NCBI GenBank assembly: GCA_048268145.1
Contig: JBLWWC010000003.1
Coordinates: 1,522 to 65,521, forward strand
Source: Qipengyuania sp.
GTDB lineage: Bacteria; Pseudomonadota; Alphaproteobacteria; Sphingomonadales; Sphingomonadaceae
DNA length: 64,000 nucleotides
Direction: 5' to 3'
Every line of letters begins with the position of its first letter. Positions within the stretch are counted from its first letter, which is position 1. Positions 58,912 through 64,000 of this stretch are shown in pieces. Below the pieces are notes generated by a model. It had not been told where the DNA came from. It saw nothing but the letters and a program-made list of their open reading frames with translations, and did not search any database. The position numbers were made by a program, and so were the translations under genes.

Positions 58912-60318
58912 TCAGATATGCCCGGCAGGGCGGGGCGCTTTGCCGAGTGCGTCGCCCAGTCGGCGGATTGCCGCGATCTTTGTGTTGAGAGGCTCCCAGT
59001 CGTCGCGTTCGTCGATGGCGCTCCACAGCGTCTCGACCTCGTCGATCAGCATTCCTTCCGGTTCGCATTCGCGCCAATAGGACGTGTCGGGCGCGTCGGC
59101 GTCCTGAGGCGCATATCCAGCGAGCGCTTCGGCCAACTCGCCCTCCGCATGCGACCCGCCGCGATGCCGATGGAAGAAGACATGCGGCGCTTCCCCGCTC
59201 TGACGCAGCGCCTTTTCGCACGTCGCGATCATTGCTGAATCGGCTTGCTCGCCCTTGGGCGCAACGCCCAGCCGCCAGCACCAGCGCCGCGACAGCGCCG
59301 CCATATAGAGCGGCCCGAAGCGCTCCATCGCGGCGATCAGCGGCGGGGCATCGCATAACAGGCGCAGCGCCACGGCCAACTGACCGCAATTCCAGTGCAG
59401 CGCCTCTGGCTGGCGTCCGAAAGCGTAAAGCGCGCCGTGGTCGAAATAGGCCGCTGTGAACCCCGCATCCCATTTCGGCAGCCAGCGCCACGGCCCGTAA
59501 TCGAAACTCTCGCCCGATATGTTCATATTGTCGGTGTTCAGCACGCCATGGACGAACCCTGCGACCATCCAGCTTGCGGCAAGGTCGGCCATCCGTTCGA
59601 CCACCTGGTGCATCAATATGGCCGCAGGCTGATCCCGCCCCGGCGCATCTTCGGGCGGGGGCGGTCCGGGGAACTGGGAAAGACAGTAATCGACCAGCGC
59701 CGCCATATGGTCTGCCTCTTCCAGTGCGAGCAGCCGCTGGAAGGTTCCGATGCGGATATGGCCGTGGCTGAGCCGCGTCATCACGGCGGATCGGGTGGGC
59801 GAGGGTTCATCCCCGCGCCACAGCGATTCGCCCGTTTCCACCACGCTGAAGGTGCGCGAAGTCTCGACGCCCAGCGCTTCCAGCATCTCGGTGGCGAGGA
59901 TTTCGCGCACCGCGCCTTTCAAAGTCAGTCGCCCGTCGCCCTCGCGGCTCCATGGGGTCTGGCCCGATCCTTTCGTACCCAGGTCCATCAGGCGGCCCTG
60001 TGCGTCGCGCATCTGGGCGAAGAGGAACCCGCGCCCATCGCCGATTTCGGGGTTGTACACGCGGAACTGGTGGCCGTGATAACGCAGCGCCAGCGGCTGG
60101 GGCAGGTTGCCCGGCAGCGGCTCGAAGCGGGCGAAATGCCGCACCCATTCCGCATCGCTCAACCCATCAAGGCCGACCGTTCTCGCGGCCCGGTCATTGC
60201 GGAAACGCAGCACGGTTTTGGGGAAGTCGGCCGATGCCACCGGGTCGCCCAGCCACCCGGCAACATCGGCGATCGGCGTGTCGGCGCGATAGGTCGCGGC
60301 TTGCGGTCTGGCGCGCAT
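58912..60318 (-). CDS. selO: Protein adenylyltransferase SelO/YdiU
   Basis: YHGHQF, GDGR, KGSGQTPWSREGDGR, HGVLNTDN, DYGP. Confidence 0.93.
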   Translation of the reverse strand: MRARPQAATYRADTPIADVAGWLGDPVASADFPKTVLRFRNDRAARTVGLDGLSDAEWVRHFARFEPLPGNLPQPLALRYHGHQFRVYNPEIGDGRGFLFAQMRDAQGRLMDLGTKGSGQTPWSREGDGRLTLKGAVREILATEMLEALGVETSRTFSVVETGESLWRGDEPSPTRSAVMTRLSHGHIRIGTFQRLLALEEADHMAALVDYCLSQFPGPPPPEDAPGRDQPAAILMHQVVERMADLAASWMVAGFVHGVLNTDNMNISGESFDYGPWRWLPKWDAGFTAAYFDHGALYAFGRQPEALHWNCGQLAVALRLLCDAPPLIAAMERFGPLYMAALSRRWCWRLGVAPKGEQADSAMIATCEKALRQSGEAPHVFFHRHRGGSHAEGELAEALAGYAPQDADAPDTSYWRECEPEGMLIDEVETLWSAIDERDDWEPLNTKIAAIRRLGDALGKAPRPAGHI

Positions 60319-60373
60319 GCAGCGATAGTGGGCATTGACCCGCACAAGCGCAAGGCGTTCGACACTCTTTCCA

Positions 60374-61240
60374 ATGACAAGCACCTATTCCGACCAGAGC
60401 TGGGAAAGCGCCGATGGCCTGACCCTGCATTTTCGCGATTATCCGGGCGACAACGCCCGTCCGCCGGTGATCTGCCTGCACGGCCTCACGCGCAATGCGC
60501 GCGATTTCGACGGGCTGGCCGAACACATCCATGCGCAGGGCTGGCGCGTGCTGGTCCCGACCATGCGCGGGCGCGGCAAGAGCGATTACGCCAGGGACAG
60601 CGCGACCTATGCCGTCCCGAACTATGTCGGCGACCTGTTTGCCCTGCTGGCGCAGGAGGGGATCGACCGCTTCGTGTCGATCGGCACGTCGATGGGTGGG
60701 CTGATGACGATGATGGTCGCGGCAATGCGACCGGAAATGCTGGCCGGTGCGGTGCTCAACGATATCGGTCCGGTGGTGGAAACCGGCGGGCTGGACGCGA
60801 TCAAATCCTATGTCGGCCAGCAACGCAGCTTCGACAGCTGGCTGCACGCCGCGCGCGCGTTGGAAGAGGTGCAGGCCGCGAATTTCCCGAATTTCGACGT
60901 CGAGGACTGGCTGCGCATGGCCAAGGCCGGGATGACGACGTGCAGCAATGGCCGCATCCAGTTCGATTACGACATGAAGATCGCCGAACCGATTTTACAG
61001 GCGGACGCAGCCGCCGTGCCGCCCGATCTGTGGCCTGCATTCGAAGCGTTGGCCGGGCGGCCGGTCCTGCTTTTGCGCGGAGAAATTTCACCGCTTTTCT
61101 CCGCCGATACTTTCGCCCAGATGCAGGCTCGCCTGCCTAAGGCGGAGGCGGTGACAATCGGCGGGATCGGCCACGCCCCGACGCTGGACGAGGCCGAGGC
61201 GCGGGCCGCCATCGACGCGCTGCTGGCGCGGATTTCGTGA
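60374..61240 (+). CDS. Alpha/beta hydrolase
   Basis: CLHGLTRNARDF, GTSMGG, LNDIGP, GHAPTL. Confidence 0.9.
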   Translation: MTSTYSDQSWESADGLTLHFRDYPGDNARPPVICLHGLTRNARDFDGLAEHIHAQGWRVLVPTMRGRGKSDYARDSATYAVPNYVGDLFALLAQEGIDRFVSIGTSMGGLMTMMVAAMRPEMLAGAVLNDIGPVVETGGLDAIKSYVGQQRSFDSWLHAARALEEVQAANFPNFDVEDWLRMAKAGMTTCSNGRIQFDYDMKIAEPILQADAAAVPPDLWPAFEALAGRPVLLLRGEISPLFSADTFAQMQARLPKAEAVTIGGIGHAPTLDEAEARAAIDALLARIS

Positions 61241-62373
61241 GCGAGCCCTTACGTTTCCTGCATCTGCAATCGACCTTCTCGCCCGGCGGGAAGGAAGTTC
61301 GCACGGTGCAACTTATCAACGCGCTGGGCGGCAAGGTGCGGCACACCATCGTTTCTGCCGAAGCGGATCAGCTTGGGGCGGCGGAACGGATCGATCGCGG
61401 TGTGCGGCTCGACCTCCAACCGGATTTCCCCTCGCTCAAGGGCAAGCCCACGCCGGGCAGGTTGCAAAAGCTCGCCCGCGCGATGGAGGGTTACGATCTT
61501 GTCCTCACTTACAATTGGGGCGCGATGGATGCGGTGATGGCGCACACGCTGTTCAAGGACACGATGGGCCTCCCCCCGCTGATCCACCATGAGGACGGTT
61601 TCGACGAGTTCGAGCTGTCGCGGCGCAGACGCGGGCGCAACTGGTATCGCCGGATTGCGCTGGGCAAGGCGGACGCGCTGGTTGTGCCGAGCCTCCAGCT
61701 CGAAGAGATCGCGCTGACGGAATGGCAACAGCCGCTCGGCCGGGTCAAACGGATATCCAACGGCATCGATATCGCCGCATACGGCAAGAAGCCGCGCCCG
61801 GACGCAATCCCGCGGCTTGTGAAGCAGGCCGATGAAATGTGGGTCGGCACGCTGGCGGGCCTGCGCACGGTGAAGAACCTGCCACGGTTGGTGCGGGCCT
61901 TTGCCGCGACCGGCGAGGAATGGCATCTTGTCATCTGCGGAGAGGGTGACACCCGGGACGCGATCATGGCCGAGGCGGACCGGCTGGAGATCAACCACCG
62001 CGTCCATCTGCCCGGCGCGGTCCCCGATCCGGCCAAGGTGGTCGGCCTGTTCGATATCTTTGCCTTGTCGAGCGATTCCGAACAATTTCCCTTGTCGGTC
62101 GTGGAGGCGATGGCTGCCGGGCTGCCGATCGCTGCGCCGCCGGTGGGCGACATTGCAGAGATGGTCTCGGCCGAGAATCGCGAGCACCTGCCCGCCAGCA
62201 TGGCCGAGAGCGAGCTTGGTGAGGCGATTGTCACGCTGTCGCGTGAGGCCGGGCTGCGCGACCGGCTCGGCGCTGCGAACCGCGAGAAAGCGCGCGCCAG
62301 TTACGATGCGAAAGATATGATTGCACGCTATCGCCGTCTTTACGAAAGCGCGTTGCGCCGCGAGATCGGCTGA
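61237..62373 (+). CDS. Glycosyltransferase family 4
   Basis: GGKE, KNL, SSDSEQFPLSVVEAMAAGLP (E-x7-E). Confidence 0.9.
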   Translation: MSEPLRFLHLQSTFSPGGKEVRTVQLINALGGKVRHTIVSAEADQLGAAERIDRGVRLDLQPDFPSLKGKPTPGRLQKLARAMEGYDLVLTYNWGAMDAVMAHTLFKDTMGLPPLIHHEDGFDEFELSRRRRGRNWYRRIALGKADALVVPSLQLEEIALTEWQQPLGRVKRISNGIDIAAYGKKPRPDAIPRLVKQADEMWVGTLAGLRTVKNLPRLVRAFAATGEEWHLVICGEGDTRDAIMAEADRLEINHRVHLPGAVPDPAKVVGLFDIFALSSDSEQFPLSVVEAMAAGLPIAAPPVGDIAEMVSAENREHLPASMAESELGEAIVTLSREAGLRDRLGAANREKARASYDAKDMIARYRRLYESALRREIG

Positions 62374-62512
62374 CACCTTTCATCGCGCATTCACGCGGGC
62401 GGGGACAGGTTCGCACACCGATTTGACCGATGTTGCTCTCTCACCCGCCGCGCCTTAAAGACGTGGCCACCAAACCCAGTCCTGTACCTCAAATAATGGA
62501 AACCAGCCGCTC

Positions 62513-63310
62513 GTGGCCCTGACACCCGACAGCAAAGCAGCACGCGAAGAAAAAGCCGCCAAGCGCAAGAACGCCGAAGAAGAGGCGCTGCTGCGCGAAG
62601 TGGACGACGCCGTCCGCCAGGGCGACATGGAAAATTTCGCGAAGAAATATGGCTGGCCGCTGCTCGGCGTCTTTGCGCTCGTGATGGCCGGGTTCGGTGG
62701 GTATATCTACTGGAACAACCATCGCGATGCGGAAGCGTCGAAAGATGCAGAGGCACTGGCCGGCGCGCTCGACCAGATGCAGGCGGGCAATCTTGCTACC
62801 GGATCCGAACAGCTCGAAAGCCTGGCGAATGACGGCGAAGGCGTGGCCCGCGCCAGTGCGCTGCTGCTCCGCGCGGGCGCTGCCTTGCAGCAGGGCAATG
62901 AGGGTGAAGCGGCAGAGATTTACGCCGCGCTCGCCACCGACGACAAGGTTCCCGAGGAATATCGTCAGATTGCCACGCTGCGCGAGGTCGGGCTGCGGTT
63001 CGACGATATGAAGCCCGCCGATGTGGTTGCGCGCCTCAAGCCGATGGCGGTTCCGGGCGAACCGTTCTTTGCCAGCTCGGCGGAACTGGTGGCGATGGCC
63101 TATCTCGACCAGAAGAAGAACAAGGAAGCCGGTGCGCTGTTCGCGCAGCTGGCGAAGGACGAGGACGCGCCGGAAAGCCTGCGTTCGCGCGCACGCCAGA
63201 TGGCCAGCGTGCTGGGCGTGGACGCAATCGAGGATGTCGACGCGTTGCTCAAGGAACAGGGCGTCGCCGGTGACGCAGAGGAAGCGCCTGCGGCCCAGCC
63301 GGCAGGCTGA
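62513..63310 (+). CDS. YfgM-like TPR membrane protein
   Basis: LLREVDDAVRQ, single TM, TPR-like helices; upstream of bamB. Confidence 0.85.
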   Translation: MALTPDSKAAREEKAAKRKNAEEEALLREVDDAVRQGDMENFAKKYGWPLLGVFALVMAGFGGYIYWNNHRDAEASKDAEALAGALDQMQAGNLATGSEQLESLANDGEGVARASALLLRAGAALQQGNEGEAAEIYAALATDDKVPEEYRQIATLREVGLRFDDMKPADVVARLKPMAVPGEPFFASSAELVAMAYLDQKKNKEAGALFAQLAKDEDAPESLRSRARQMASVLGVDAIEDVDALLKEQGVAGDAEEAPAAQPAG

Positions 63311-63353
63311 GCCGTGCGGCCCGTATAATTAGAAGATGGATCGAAGCGAAACC

Positions 63354-64000
63354 ATGACCAAGATTTTGAAACCCGCATTCGGCGCAGTCCTGGCCCTTGC
63401 GGTTGCAGGTTGCAGCGGCGGGCTGTTCGGTGGCGGCGACAAGAAAGAGACGCCGACCGTCGGCAATCGCAAGCCGATCCTGTCGATCATCGAGAGCGGG
63501 GCCGAAGTCGATCCGTCGCTCGCCGGGATTTCGGTCGTGCTTCCGCCGGCGCAGGCCAACAATGAATGGGCTCAGGCGGGCGGTACGGCCAGCAAGGCAT
63601 ACGGCCATCTCGCACTCAACGCGACACCTGCGCGTGCCTGGACGGCAAGCGTTGCCGGTGCTTCTAACCGGGTCCGGCTTGGCGCAGCGCCCGTGGTGGG
63701 TGGCGGCAAGCTGTTCGCGGTGGACAGCGTGGGCACGGTCCACGCCTTCGATGCGGCAACCGGTGCGCGCCAGTGGACGCACAGTTCCGAAGTCGATGGC
63801 GGGCTGCGCTCGGCGACTTTCGGTGGCGGCGCGAGCTACGATCAGGGCCGCGTCTATGCCACCAATGGCGTGGGCGATGTGGTCGCGCTCGACGCGCAGA
63901 CCGGCAGCCAGATCTGGAAGGTCAAACCCTCCGGCCCGCTGCGCGGAGCGCCGACGATCGCCTTCGGTTCGGTTTTCGTGATGACGCAGGACAACCAGAT
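63354..64000 (+). CDS. bamB: PQQ-like beta-propeller lipoprotein BamB, partial at window end
   Basis: LAVAG-C lipobox, NEWAQAGG, repeated AFDAATG..W propeller motifs; no stop before window end. Confidence 0.8.
   Translation, partial: MTKILKPAFGAVLALAVAGCSGGLFGGGDKKETPTVGNRKPILSIIESGAEVDPSLAGISVVLPPAQANNEWAQAGGTASKAYGHLALNATPARAWTASVAGASNRVRLGAAPVVGGGKLFAVDSVGTVHAFDAATGARQWTHSSEVDGGLRSATFGGGASYDQGRVYATNGVGDVVALDAQTGSQIWKVKPSGPLRGAPTIAFGSVFVMTQDNQ

Noticed and set aside
58912-60318. SelO as a selenoprotein
   Set aside because: Ends ...PAGHI-stop with no C-terminal CxxU or CxxC motif; ordinary bacterial YdiU form
1-64000. rRNA, tRNA, CRISPR array, integrase, transposase or prophage genes
   Set aside because: None recognisable by eye; no regularly spaced identical repeats with unique spacers. 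A tRNAscan/Infernal run would be needed to exclude small RNAs formally.

Overview
High-GC (roughly 65%) alphaproteobacterial chromosome segment; gene content and order point to Sphingomonadales, most likely Erythrobacteraceae (inference). It is mostly conserved backbone: Fur-boxed TonB-dependent siderophore receptor, tesB, hppA, thiL-nusB-hisD-hisG, bolA/J-domain/cobS, a class A PBP, ruvX, lepB-acpS-pdxJ-pyrE, the aa3-type cytochrome c oxidase operon, thrC, moaADE, an FNR-type regulator, rplU-rpmA, ygfZ/pyrC/rarD, astD, selO and yfgM-bamB (cut by the window end). No rRNA, tRNA, CRISPR array, integrase or transposase was seen. Best candidates for undescribed biology: (1) a 54-aa peptide gene followed by two coupled cysteine-dioxygenase-like cupin/HEAT proteins, one with an intact 3-His site and one apparently dead (RiPP-like system, 24327-26411); (2) a GNAT-JmjC-GNAT operon (3814-6909); (3) a trimeric autotransporter adhesin plus secreted partner (56790-58896); (4) an unannotated small membrane protein behind a well-positioned FNR box whose SD can be hidden in a hairpin (44900-45128); (5) a low-GC orphan gene with operator-like palindromes (26516-26935). 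Several gene-level scars are also visible: an in-frame UGA in a VOC gene, a probable DUF983 relic in the cox operon, and a probable insertion that split the 5' end off a tetR gene. Starts were refined by eye from RBS and overlap patterns; family assignments come from motif recognition, not database searches.
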